Positions 51,453 to 64,000 of a stretch of 64,000 bases of DNA are shown piece after piece (position 1 is the first letter of the stretch; the number at the start of each line of letters is the position of its first letter). The notes below the pieces were generated by a model. It was not told where the DNA came from, made no database searches, and saw nothing but the letters and a program-made list of their open reading frames with translations. The position numbers were made by a program, and so were the translations under genes. Source of the stretch: Octopus vulgaris (taxonomy: Eukaryota); assembly GCA_951406725.2 (NCBI GenBank), contig OX597816.1:60450001-60514000 (forward strand). The letters run 5' to 3'.

Positions 51453-52897
51453 TAGGTTAACCAAGAAGCTCTCGTGATATGTGACCAAGTGAGATTTATG
51501 TTTCAACATAGTTCCCCTGCGGTTCACCCACTTCTTCCATCGGTGTTGCAGTGCTTGGATATCATTGATAAAGACGCTTTCATCCTGTTGGTCGAAAAAG
51601 TTATCAACAGCAAATATGTCACGATCATCACTGCGATACTAGTTCCCAGCCAAGTGTTTTTACATGTTGGGGAACAGATGATAGTTAGATGGGGGCCAAA
51701 TCAGGGAAACAGAGAGGATGGTTAACCAGTTCAAAGCCACAGTCATGCACAACAGCCATTGAAACCAAACTGGAGCACACCCTCATAGCTGTAGTGCTAG
51801 ACTATATGTAACTGAGTTGGTGTAGCAGCAATTATTAATTGTAGGATGAATGTTTCGTTGTTGTATGTGGGTGGATGTTAGTGAGCGTGTTGATGAGTAT
51901 TGGTGATAATTTAATTGTAGTGTGTTTTAGTGTGTTGGTGAGAGTTAGTGAATGTGATTGTAGTGTACAAATAAGTGTTTTGTTTCAGTTTTGGTCAATG
52001 TGAAATTGTAGAGTGCTGCCGTGCGCGCAGCTTTAGTTTGTTGGGGATTGGTGAATATTGGACTACAGTGTGTGAGGAATTTGTGTGTATTTGCATTTGT
52101 ATGTGTACGTGTGTATGTATTTTACTTTATTGAATATGTAACTGTGAATTAATGTGTAATTGTTATAAAATTCTGCCGAGGTCGACTTTGCCTTTCATCC
52201 TTTCGGGGTCGATGAAATAAGTACCGGTTGAGTACTGGGGTCAATGTAATCGACTTATCTCTTGCACTAGAATTTCTGGCCTTGTGCTAAAATTTGAAAT
52301 CAACGTATAATTGTTATGACTAGGTAAAGGTGTTGCCATAGCATGTATTTGTCATCTGATGGTAAATATGTTGGTGATTGTGTAAAACTAACATTCTAGT
52401 GAGTGTGCAGTATACTGTCTGACTGTATATCCATTGATAAGAAGGCCTTCATACCTCTTTAAGTGAATTTTGACAAATTTAATAGCTGTTTGAATACATG
52501 GTCTCTTTTACAACATTAACTTCGCAAGGGTATGCCGGTTACCACCCATATCAATTTCAAAGTAGAGAGGCAGACAACGAAACCAGATTCTTACTGTTAG
52601 TTCCATCAACCGAATTGAGGCACAGAGTGAAATTACAAATAATCAATAGACTGCTTTTTATATTTTATCATTTACTTGTTTCAGTAAAGAGACCGCCTTG
52701 AAGAGTTTAGTCGAATAAGCCATGCCGAACCGATACACTGCATGGACATAAAGAGGCCAACACCGGTTGTCAAGAGGTGGTGGGAGACAAACACAAAGAC
52801 AAATTGACACACGTTTGCCCAAAGTGCCACGCAGTGGGACTGAACTCAGAACTATGTGGTTGGGAAGCAAGTGTCTTACCACAACCACTCCTGCGCC

Positions 52898-52957
<60 letters not shown>

Positions 52958-53445
52958 GAGTTGTGTTGTTAGGAAGCAAAGGTCTTGCCACACCCGCACC
53001 TGAGCCTGGCTTTACAGAACCTTTGACAATAACTGGTAATGCTTTGGGCAAACAAGGCAGCGGCTATGATAGGAGGGAAGCCTCTTTTTTAGTAGAGAAA
53101 TTCTTTGTACATAAGAATCCGTATTGTCACGTATATACTGATTAAAATGATTTCTTATGATATTAAACTATAATGTAACAATTCATAGGTAGGGAACATA
53201 TACTCTTTTACTTGTTTCAGTCATTTGACTGCGGCCATGCTGGAGTACCGCCTTTAGTCGAGCAAATCGACCCCAGGACTTATTCTTTGTAAGCCTAGTA
53301 CTTATTCTATCGGTCCCTTTTTGCCGAATCGCTAGGTTACGGAGACGTAAACACACCAGCATCAGTTGTCAAGCGATGTTGGGGGGGGGGACAAACACAG
53401 ACACACAAACATATGCACACACACACACACACATACATACATACA

Positions 53446-53477
<32 letters not shown>

Positions 53478-54569
53478 CGACGGGCTTCTTTCAGTTTCCG
53501 TCTACCAAATCCACTCACAAGCTTTTGTCTTAAAGTTTAAACCTTTTATATTTTACTTTTTCTCTTTTTCCTTGTTTTCCATGTCTTTTCTTTCCTTTTT
53601 GGAGACTGTTAGCGGATGGTTTCAAATTCATTTGTTGATGAAGTTTTGCCCGTGCCACTTAGTCTCCGGAATATTTGTAACTTAAGCTCACTATTCGCTA
53701 AAAACTAAAAGTCTAAAATCTGCATTTCATTCTATAATCTTTCTGAGTATCAAAAAAGAAAAAAAAATTAATAAGTGTTGGTATAGAATTGGATCCACTC
53801 CTCTCTTAGGGTCAAAAAGAGGTGATGTTAAAGTTATGATGTGTTAGAAGCATTGTAATAATGCTTGCTAAAACTGGTGAGCGATTCTGAATCCTACTCT
53901 ACGTCGTCGCTGAACCTGCTAGAAACAACAGCCAAATTCATTGTCAAATCATTATTAGTTCTAGATACTTCACAAAATAAGGAATGGTCATTTTTGGAAT
54001 GCCTTTTGATAATAGATCTGCTCAATTAAAGTTGGCCTTTAGCTAAGAAACAACAATAGCAATATCACTAACTGAAAATTCCACGAACTGTATGCTCTGA
54101 TAAATCCCAATTCATTCGCGTATGACACGCTATAAGAAACGAATATTTGACTGACATCTGATCTATTCACGGAATGTTTTAAAGCAAAGTTTTGTTAAGA
54201 ATTAGTCAAAGAAGAAGAGCCGTACCTATATAGGTCTCTCTAAGACTAATGGGATGGGCCGAAAAGAAAACAACCACGGTTCATTGGCTGTTGTTGTTGT
54301 TGTTGTTGCTTTTTACAGCAACAACAACAACATTAGGATATCGAGTTCAAGTTCTGATCAGCCCAGAACTCATGTTCCAATACTTGCAACACAGTGAATA
54401 AATGACTGAATTAATTGGTTAATTAATAAATAAATAAATTAATTAATTAATTAATATCTTTCTTGTGGCTGGGGATCAGGTGCTTCATATACAACTATCC
54501 TTGTCTGTTCGTTGTGTTCTTATGCTCTCTTCAGAACGGATAGGATCGATAGGACCCTGTTCTCTTTTT

Positions 54570-56050
54570 ATCCGATTTCCCAAACTCTTCGCAGATTGCT
54601 TGAAACATAACAAATCTAACAATAAAGGAGAGAGAGAGAAGCATGAACTAATAAAGTGTTGACCTATAATCCATTTTAAACAACCGTACACAACGTGTTT
54701 AAAAATATCATGATAAACAGAAGTTCCAAATAGTTAGAGAAAAAAACACCTCCTTGTAGTTGTTTTTGCCTACGGATCAAACACCTTTGGTGCCCCCACC
54801 ACTTTTAACGGGCATAGTCGGCCAAAAGAAAATATATTGCGTCCTTTTCACATCTGCATCCTGAAGCGACTCACGCATTGCATCACTCCTGCCCACGTGA
54901 ACAAGCGGATTGCAAGTGGATTTTCCTACCATTTACGGCGTGTATACTTGGAACAAACAAATACAAACAGCAGATCAGTGGCATGTGACATCCCACTCTT
55001 CATAGTCTGTGTGAACTAGTAAAATGTCATCGACTCTATAGAATTTTCCAGCAGTGGTGATAGTCATAACAAACCAAAGCGTAGAACAAGAATAAATCGC
55101 TGTCTTAAAACACATCGTGTTGCTTCTTTCATCGAATTGCACAAAGCTTGGAAAGTTTCCACTCCAGAAGGGCCAAATATAAGGTGTCCTATTTCACAAC
55201 AGGATTACGTGTTTTTCGAAAACTACCCAGGGATGGAAAGAACATGACGGCTTGAATCGTTTTCAAATTTCTCCCACGACTTCGATTCCTATTCGAAATA
55301 TTGTTCTTTTGTCTGGGGATCTGGTCGAACTTCAAACTATGTTATTACAGCTGAATACAAAAAGCAAGACCGTGGGACTAAGAATGAAAAGAAAAAGAAA
55401 AAAAGAAAAATGTTCAGCAAAGTGATCGACAAAGTTTTTGAGTTAAAGTCAAGAAAACAAGAGAAACAAGTTTGGTTCAAATAATAAACTGCGGACAGCT
55501 TATAAGCAATATAGCCAAGAAAAGAAAAAAGATAATAAAACAGCAAATTATCCTTGGACGGGCAAATCTTCGAGACGACAAGCCCCATCTTTAAAAAGAA
55601 AATAGCCTTCAGCTTTAAAAGTCAGGTTTGCAACAAATGGGACATCCCAAAGATTCTTCATGATCAAAGAACATGGAAGTTTACGATACATCTAAAAACC
55701 CCAGCTCAACATGCTCGTATAAACATTATATCCTGGAATAACATGGAAAGACCATAAAATAGCGAAATGGCTCCGAAAACAAGCAATGCTAAATGACATC
55801 ATCGAATTTACATTATTGAAATGAAATATGGGCTGGACACTCCCAGAAAATAAATGGCAGCAAGTTAACGAAGAAAATCTGACATTCCGGATCCGAAAGG
55901 ATCGCTAAAGAATTACAGGACGACAAAGCTTGAAATGGAGAGATGAAATGGATGCTGTCGATAAATATTGGAGATCAGAAACTCAACACCATATGATACG
56001 GAGACAGAAGCAGAGGAAGGCATTTACCAGTATTGGAAAAGGGAACCGTT
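54570..56050 (+). mobile_element. Very decayed RTE-clade LINE
   Basis: KLFADCLK, EQA, IPLFIVCVN**NVIDSI (cf. PLxLxFxDYEKAFDSI), tgggctggacac (WAGH), GRQSLKWRDE. Confidence 0.55.
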
Positions 56051-56419
56051 AATTTGAGGGAGATCAAATTAGCCACACACACACACATAGTCACCACAAA
56101 CATACGCCAATATATAACTACTGATTTCGACGATTAAATTTCCAGTTATTCAACCAACTGAGCTACTTACTAACAGAATTGTTGTAGAATTACCTGAGTG
56201 TTTTGTTGACACGTGAACAATTAACGTAATTCTCAGGTAGGACCAAGAGGATACAGTATGTAACAAAGCTTGCATTTTGAATTTGTTTGAATTTCAGGTG
56301 AAACATCGATTCTCTACACCAGTCTTCCAACGTGCTCTATCCTGTGCTTACTCTTTGATTTGGTTCCATGTAATCCTTTCCACTTTCAATATATCTTCTA
56401 CCAAACACAGCCAGATAAT

Positions 56420-56722
56420 AGGAGCACTCCGTCGGTTGCGACGACGACGGTCCCAGCTGATACGATCAACGGAGCAGCTTGCTCGTGAAATTAAAGTGCA
56501 AGTGGCTGAGCACTCCACAAACACGTGTACCCTTAACGTAGTTCTCGGGGAGTTTCAGCGTGACACAGAGTGTTACAAGGCTGGCCCTTTGAAATACAGG
56601 TACAACTCATTTTTGCCAGCTGAGTGGACTGGAGCAACGTGAAATAAAGTGTCTTGCTCAAGGACACAACATGCATTACGATCATGAGCCAGATGCTCCT
56701 AACCACTAAGCCAAGCGCCTTC
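56420..56722 (-). mobile_element. CORE-type SINE family D
   Basis: Minus strand: ggcgcttggcttagtggttagg...gtgtccttgagcaagacactttatttcacgttgctccagtccactcagctg (CORE-like); further copies at about 5555-5675, 39895-40040, 42050-42300 and 62085-62190. Confidence 0.8.
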
Positions 56723-57342
56723 ACACAGCCAGATAATATTCAGGTGAACTACCTTCTTTTTCCTCTCTGGGTTCCAGTCCAAGGCTTGCCTTAACCAAAC
56801 ATCTTCCTGCTTCCCTTAGTGTACAGCCTAACCTCTTTATCAATGTCATACTAACTGTTTGCCGATTGGTTCTTACGTGGTTTCTCACAATTTCTAGATA
56901 TCTAATATTTAGGTTTCTGAAGTACCTATTTCAGAATGTTTGAAGCTTTCTGGTTACATCCCTCACGATTCAACATCTTTATAGCAGGAAAGATTTACCG
57001 TTATTATTGAAATTTTCCAAGTCACCCCTAAGCAAATTTTAAAATGTTGAGTGCACAACTCGTTTTTCCGAGTATTACTTCGACATCTCCGCTGTATCAG
57101 TTGTGGACACCGCACTTTAGGATAAATGAAACGCATGCTTCGTTCAGTATGTGATTTTTTTTTTTACCATTAAGAATCTGACTTCATCACTTTTCATTTT
57201 AATGATCTCTGGTTCCGGGTTCAGTGCCACTGCGTGGCGCCTTGGGTAAGTGTCTTCTACTATAGCCTCGGGCCAACCAAAGCCTTGTGAATGGATTTGG
57301 TAGACGGAAACTGAAAGAAGCCCGTCGTATATATATAAATAA

Positions 57343-57446
<104 letters not shown>

Positions 57447-57768
57447 GTTTGGAGATGATGTACAGGTATTTTATATTAGAAGAAATGAGGTACTTAGAAA
57501 TTCGGATGGTTTTATATTTACAGATATTTATTTGTATATTACATGTTTTTATACATCATATAACTTATATCATATATCATATATTAGCGCTTTCGTCAAT
57601 TCTGGTGGATTTTTCAAATTGCGTCCATTCTTTGTGGATTTTTCAAATGGAACTAAGTTCCTGTGGAAAAATTTTGACCACTTTATAGTGTTATTGAGTG
57701 TGTAGTAGTGGGGAGGGATATAATATAGTACAAGAGGGTGAAGAATGGGGAGAAAGTGAGAGAGAGAG

Positions 57769-57841
<73 letters not shown>

Positions 57842-58013
57842 AAGTGTGTGTGCGTAAGTGTGTGTGCGTAAGTGTGCGTGGGTGTGCTTTTGTATCTGAA
57901 AGTAGTGTTAGAGAAAAAGAAGGGAAGGAAGAAAAGGGAGAGAGGGAAGAAGAAAACATTGTTTTGCTGGTTTCTTTTGTAGTTGGTCAGGATGTTTATA
58001 TATATATATATAG

Positions 58014-58080
<67 letters not shown>

Positions 58081-58388
58081 GTGTGTCTGTGTTTGTGCCC
58101 CCAACATCGATTGACAACCGATGCTGGTGTGTTTACATCCATGTAACTTAGCGGTGCTCCAGCATGACCACAGTCAAATGACTGAAACAAGTAAGAGTAA
58201 AAGAATAAAAGAATACTGAAAAGTAATGTTTACTGCCACATGAACATGGTTGTTCTGTAGGAACCGACATTTCTACCGTTTTTAACCCCAGGAGGACGCC
58301 TCCCCCAGCTGGTTATCGATGCAATCTGCACCCGATGTATATTGCAAGTAGGGGAGCGAACCTCAGCCATCTTCTAGAGACGATGAAA

Positions 58389-58437
58389 CCACCAGACCAT
58401 CCGGTTTTGAGCTATTTGCGCTCATCCTCAGTGGTGG
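58389..58437 (-). ncRNA. Type I hammerhead ribozyme motif, G12 apparently mutated to A
   Basis: Minus strand: CCACCA-CUGAGGA-u-GAGC-gcaaaua-GCUC-aAAA-CC-ggau-GG-UC^-UGGUGG; perfect 6-bp helix I and GUC triplet. Confidence 0.7.
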
Positions 58438-58899
58438 ACACCCATCCGCTAGAGATAAAATCTTTATTATGATCATGAGATCGAACATAGAAAAGGACAT
58501 AACAGACAAACAAATACAAAAATGTTATATGAGTTCGAATGAAACTTCTAAAAATTTAATTATAATGAGAAATAAACGAATAATTGGTTTACTTTTGCTT
58601 TTAAAACGAGAACTTTTGTGTGTGTGTGTTTTTAAAAATTAAAACCAGAGATCAGAATAGCAGGTTCTAAAATTGAACCCCGCAGCCTATAATGTCCAGC
58701 AACTAGTTTTTCCTTTCTTCGATTATTAAACTAGAGATAGCAGTACTTTGCTCATCTCGCAGTGTATATAAAACAGTCATTGATCTTTCAACAAGCAAAG
58801 TAACAAGTCAGAAAACCTGTATAAGAGTAGAAAGCAGTAGCTATACTGAGAAGTAATGGTTATCGTCACTTCAACATGGCTATTCCGTCGGAACCGATG

Positions 58900-59065
58900 T
58901 TTTTCCATCGTTATCCTCCAACTTGGCTTTCCCTGATAACTTTGTTCGTTTGTGTAGCTTTCTGGGCAGGTCTCTGCAACAATTTGGCGATATTTCCTGT
59001 TTCATCCCAGATTTTACCTCGAAATCTTTCGACAATCTCCCGTTGTGTGTCACTTGATATCCGAT
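58900..59065 (-). mobile_element. Short LINE reverse-transcriptase fragment
   Basis: QVTHNGRLSKDFEVKSGMKQ resembles VxxNGxLSxxFxVxSGVRQG. Confidence 0.55.
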
Positions 59066-59889
59066 GTCAAGCAACACATACATACATGCATACATACATA
59101 CATACATACATACATACATACATACATACACACACACGTACATATAAATATATGTATGTGTGTGTGTGTGTTTGTGTCTAACGGTAATCTTTATCTCCAA
59201 CGTAATGTGGACGTTGTATTAGGACACTGAATATTGCGTTATTTACCTTGAGCGGATCTCTCATATGAACTTTCGGTGCATAAAATCACTCTTATTTATA
59301 TCGTTGACAGACAAGAGCCGTCTGCTACGTCCGCCGGAAATGTCAGATCACATGATTTCACCCTGTTTGGAGCTCCTCAGTGACAGACATCTTGTAAACA
59401 ATATAACTGCCGAATCTCCCGACAACGATATATAGAATATCAGTGTCTATTCAGGCATTGGTGTCGCAAGTAGCCAGTGGGCTAATTAAAAAGTAATTAA
59501 TAGCAACAATAGTAGTATTAATATTTAAAAAGACGATCTTTATCTTCAACGAAATGTGGACGATAATTCAGTTTTCTGTGTTCTAACACAACGACCATGT
59601 TAATTGTGAGATAAAGATTGCCTTTTGTTATTAACACCGTTTCTATCGCTATTAATTATACATACATACATACATACATACATACATACATACATACATA
59701 CATACATACATACATACATACATACATACATACATACATAAATGTGTGTGTGTATGTGTCTATCTCTCTGTGGGTGTGTATGTACGAATGTATGTATGTA
59801 TATATTTATATATGGTATCCTAGTAATGCATATACATTTTAACAGTTGATAACTCACTTAACTTTTGATTTAGATTTAACCCATAAGAA

Positions 59890-60630
59890 ATAAAGGAACC
59901 CAGAATAAGGTCCGAACAAACAAAATTTACCCTAAAGTATAATTGGAAGTTTGAAAACCCAAGCGAAGTCCAAGGACTATTTGAGAGAGTGTCAAATAGA
60001 TCCATCAACGAGACTTACCTTCACTCGAATTAGAAATAAGTTTGAAACAGACGGACTTATTCATAATATTCAGCAGTAATGTTCCGGAAAACCACGGACA
60101 TCGACTAGTCCCACAAGGCAAGAAACATACTAGAAACGTATCACTAGGGTTCTGGAAAATTTGTGCGACAAGTGAGTCGTGATATAGGAATTTCAAAATC
60201 TAACGCAGCCCAACGCATTCTGAAGGACTGTCATTCAAAATGTTACATTCCAAGAATAGTGCAGGTTCTCAATGAACATAATTTGGACCGAATACTGAAT
60301 TTTTACAAGTATTATTTGGCAAGATGTGTAGAAGATGCTCACTTTCCAACAAAAAATGTTCGGAGTGATTACGCTACATTTACATTTAACTGTAACAGTC
60401 ATAGGCAGGGAATCCGCCTATTACGGAGGAGCAACGTGTTAATTTACTAGGAGTTACAGTATGGTGCGCTTTATCGTCAAAAAGATTAATTGAACCATTC
60501 CTTTTTTACGGTACTATGATTGGTTTCATTTACCTGAACTTACTACGACAATCTGTCATGCCAAGTATTCAAGAAAACTTTGAAGATGTGGAGTTTATTT
60601 CCAGCAAGATGGAATATTCCCGCATTACCA
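59890..60630 (+). mobile_element. Decayed Tc1/mariner-superfamily transposase fragment
   Basis: TRLTFTRIRNKFETDG..SGKPRTS, RQVSRDIGISKS..QRILK, VRSDYATF, VWCALSSKRLIEPFLF. Confidence 0.65.
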
Positions 60631-61153
60631 TAGTATCAAATAATTTTGTCCAGAATCATACCAACAGCAGCTTTAGTGGAGGCGCAATGGCCCAGTGGTT
60701 AGGGCAGCGGACTCGCGGTCGTAAGAACGCAGTTTCGATTCCCAGACCGGGCATTGTGAGTGTTTATTGAGCAAAAACACCTAAGATCCATGTGGCTCCG
60801 GCGGGATGGGGGTGTGTGAACCCCTCTGTACTCTTTCACCACAACTTTCTCTCACTCTTTCTTCCTAGTTCTGCGACAAAGCAGAACCATGGTGAAACCC
60901 ACTATGGTGTGGTAAACTTTCAGGCCCTAGTCTAGATGGCGAATCCTCTGTACCCCAGGATGGTTCAGCTCTCCACCCGTTAAAAGTCACCGTTTACGGA
61001 ATGAGGATAATAACGTAGCTTTCGCGCTCGTGCAACCGCCAGTCTATCGCGCGTGGTGGGTGGATCTTCAAGTTGCCACACACATTCTTAGCAGCTTAGA
61101 GTAGGCTCGAATTAGAGATTATTCTTTGTGGCTAATGTCGTGAGTCCTTATTG

Positions 61154-61310
61154 GAAGAAGAAGAAGAAGAAGAAGAAGAAGAAGAAGAAGAAGAAGAAGA
61201 AGAAGAAGAAGAAGAAGAAGAAGAAGAAGAAGAAGAAGAAGAAGAAGAAGAAGAAGAAGAAGAAGAAGAAGAAGAAGAAGAAGAAGAAGAAGAAGAAGAA
61301 GAAGAAGAAG
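61154..61310. repeat. Pure (GAA)n tract, about 52 units
   Basis: Direct reading. Confidence 0.97.
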
Positions 61311-62476
61311 ACAGCAGCTTTATCCTTGTGGATTTTTAGTCCAGCTGCAGGTGAGTATAGTTTTGGACATAAAGGCTAGCAGTGCTACCACATATACATA
61401 AATGCATGAAGTTGAGCGTGTGTATGTATATGGGTGTGTCGAACAAATACATCATAGCGACGTCATTGAAATTATTTGTGTTGATGATTACAATTAACTC
61501 TGTAATTATATTCATATCTGTTTACCAACCTTTGTACTCGTTTACCTATTTTTATCGTTTTTATTTACATTATTTGTAAATTGACAAGGTTGGGCCTTTT
61601 GTGTAGAATAAATGAATGCCATAACTAGATTCCACAGCCCATAAATCATTTCGCATTAACCCTAACAATTTTAATGCGTAACAGATATGTATCAATCTTG
61701 GGAAATTATTATTCGAACGATCATGAGAATCCCTGGTACTCAGGACAATAAGCCTTACTATATCTAGTATATGTGGAGACACATGGTCTAGTGGTTAGAG
61801 CAGCGGACTCGCGGTCGAGGGATCGCGGGTTCGAATCTCAGACCGGGCGATGTGTGTGTTTATGAGCGAGACACCTAAGCTCCACGCGGCTCCGGCAGAA
61901 GATAATGGCGAACTTCTGCTGACTCTTTCCCCACAACTTTCTCTCACTCTTTCCTCCTGCATCTTGCAGCTCACCTGCGGCGGACCGGTGTCCCGTCCAA
62001 GTGGGGAACCTATACGCCAAGGAAACCGGGAAACCGGCCCTTATGAGCCAGACATGGCTCGAGAAGGAACAAACATATTTAGTATATAGCGCGTGATCTA
62101 GTGGTTAGGATGTTGTACTCACGATTGGAGGATTGTAGTTTCGATTTTCGAACCGGGCAGTGCTTTATATCCTTGAGCAAAATACTTGATTTAACTCACC
62201 GAGGAGGCGCATTGTGATTGACAAGCCTTAACATTTAAATTTCGAAACCTGGTGAATACAACGTTTCCTAGGGTCGGTAAAGGAAATGCTAATCAAATAA
62301 TTGCAGTCGAAATTAATATATTGCTTCCTCTTCTAGATTCCATACATTGTACCTAGGTTAGAAATAATTAATATTCAGAAAATTGATGTTACGAGGACGT
62401 GGGTGTTTTATTCATGTGTATGCGTGTGTGTGTGTGTGTGTGCGTGCGTGTGCATGAATGCACATATGTATGTATA

Positions 62477-62530
<54 letters not shown>

Positions 62531-62691
62531 TAGATACGTGTGTATATGCGCATCACTTCCCGAGCGTTAAACTAATACATCTGTTTGTTGTTTACACATC
62601 TGTCTTCGTCTTTTTTTTTTTTGTAAATTCCAACTATATACCTATATACGTACATATACGTGTATGTGTAGATGTGTTGGAGAAAGGGAGT

Positions 62692-62715
62692 TAGATAGAT
62701 AGATAGATAGATAGT

Positions 62716-62792
<77 letters not shown>
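62692..62792. repeat. (GATA)n microsatellite
   Basis: Direct reading. Confidence 0.97.
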
Positions 62793-63709
62793 CGTGCAGT
62801 TGTTTTATGAAGGTGGCTTATAAAATTGGTGTTATTATACAGAGAAGAACACCCAAGCTTTTAAATGCTCGTATTTTAATCTAAACTTATATTAAATGAT
62901 GAATGTACAACATACACAAAAAGCAGACGATTTCTCTGTCACTATGACCCGAATGGGAAGCTTGAAATGTATTGATTAAAATTTGTAATGTATCGTAGTA
63001 AAATATTAATTACGAGATGATATTTAGCCTCAGAGTGACAAACTTTAATATTCAAAACACTTTAATATCAAGACAACCAGGTTTCTGCGAAAATGCTTAT
63101 TTTTGCTTTTTTTCTATTTCGATTTTGAGAAGCAAAATCTACCGAAATTACCATCAGGTTTATTTTGACTGTCTTGTTTTTTTTTTGTTTTTTTTTTGTG
63201 ACAAGAAAAATATAAAGCAGAAAGAAAGTTTAATGTTTCTTATGTCTTTAATCTTTTTCGTGGAGGAAAAACTTTCGTTCAGTCTTCGTAGATGCTGCTT
63301 GAATTACCAGTAAACGTTGGGAAATTTTACAAAACTTTGGTATTATGTGACTGCCGATTTAATTAATTACTCAATGCCATATTAAGTTCGAATCCTTCTG
63401 AGGTTTATCAACTCAATACTAGTCAGGAAATGGCAATAGATCTTAACCAGCTGTCTCCTCCACTAAGCTTGAGGTATTGTACCTAAATTAGAAGTAATTA
63501 ATATTTTGATGATGGGTGATTTTTGTGAGGATATCTTACAAAAATACGAACATAGGTGCAAGCGTAGCTGTGTGGTAAGAAGCTTGTTTCCGAACCACAT
63601 GATCCCGGGTTCGGTCCTACTGCGTGGCACCTTCTACTATAGCCTTGGGCCGACCAAAGCCTTGTGAGTGGATTTGATAGACAGAAACTGAAAGAAGCCC
63701 GTCGTATAA

Positions 63710-63760
<51 letters not shown>

Positions 63761-64000
63761 TGTACATCTATTGGACGAAATTCATACGGTTTACAATGTC
63801 AGCCAAACAAGGGATAGAAGCCTTTTTCACAGAAACCTAAAATTCCAAAAGTTGAATTATTATTTGAATTTATGCCCATGTCATCGGTGCGTCTTTCCTT
63901 AATAAGCTTGATTTCCGGCAGGATGTTCAGTGTCGGTCGCCTTTGGAATCAATGTGACCAGCCTCGAATGTAACTTACACCTTGCCTGATCAAAGCATTT

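Larger units (their letters stand above)
49779..51770 (-). mobile_element. Mariner remnant split by the Tc1 insertion (49779-49804 and 51453-51770)
   Basis: tacggaggttggttgaaaagtccata appears to continue as ggttaaccaagaagctctcgtg...tttcaacatagttcccc, a mariner 3' end on the minus strand. Confidence 0.6.

Noticed and set aside
51830-52150. GT-rich segment as a Jockey/I-like LINE 3' end on the minus strand
   Set aside because: Only a vague peptide resemblance; not supportable
62195-62262. Degenerate hammerhead (CCGAGGA...CGAAACCTGGT)
   Set aside because: U4 is changed, helix II is not adjacent to GAAA and there is no valid UH site

Overview
AT-rich, repeat-saturated animal genomic DNA with no recognisable host-gene exon, rRNA, intact tRNA or CRISPR array. 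The SINE families and microsatellite load look like an octopus (coleoid cephalopod) genome; this is an inference and was not verified. Main contents: two near full-length Tx1-type L1 LINEs in tandem (12.3-24.8 kb) plus two 3' fragments; a head-to-tail dimer of non-autonomous Helitrons (25086-29554); a mariner with TIRs; an IR/DR Tc1 nested in another mariner; decayed R4/Dong, RTE and Penelope-like remnants; at least five SINE families; many microsatellites. Best second-look signals: (1) several minimal type I hammerhead-ribozyme motifs with palindromic helix III, including two in the arms of a 594-bp foldback and variants with compensatory G3:C8 and U3:A8 cores; (2) SINE 3' tails that match the Tx1 LINE 3' ends; (3) retroelement families sorting by microsatellite type; (4) a precise CTRR|TC Helitron junction. 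All alignments were done by eye and many boundaries are approximate.
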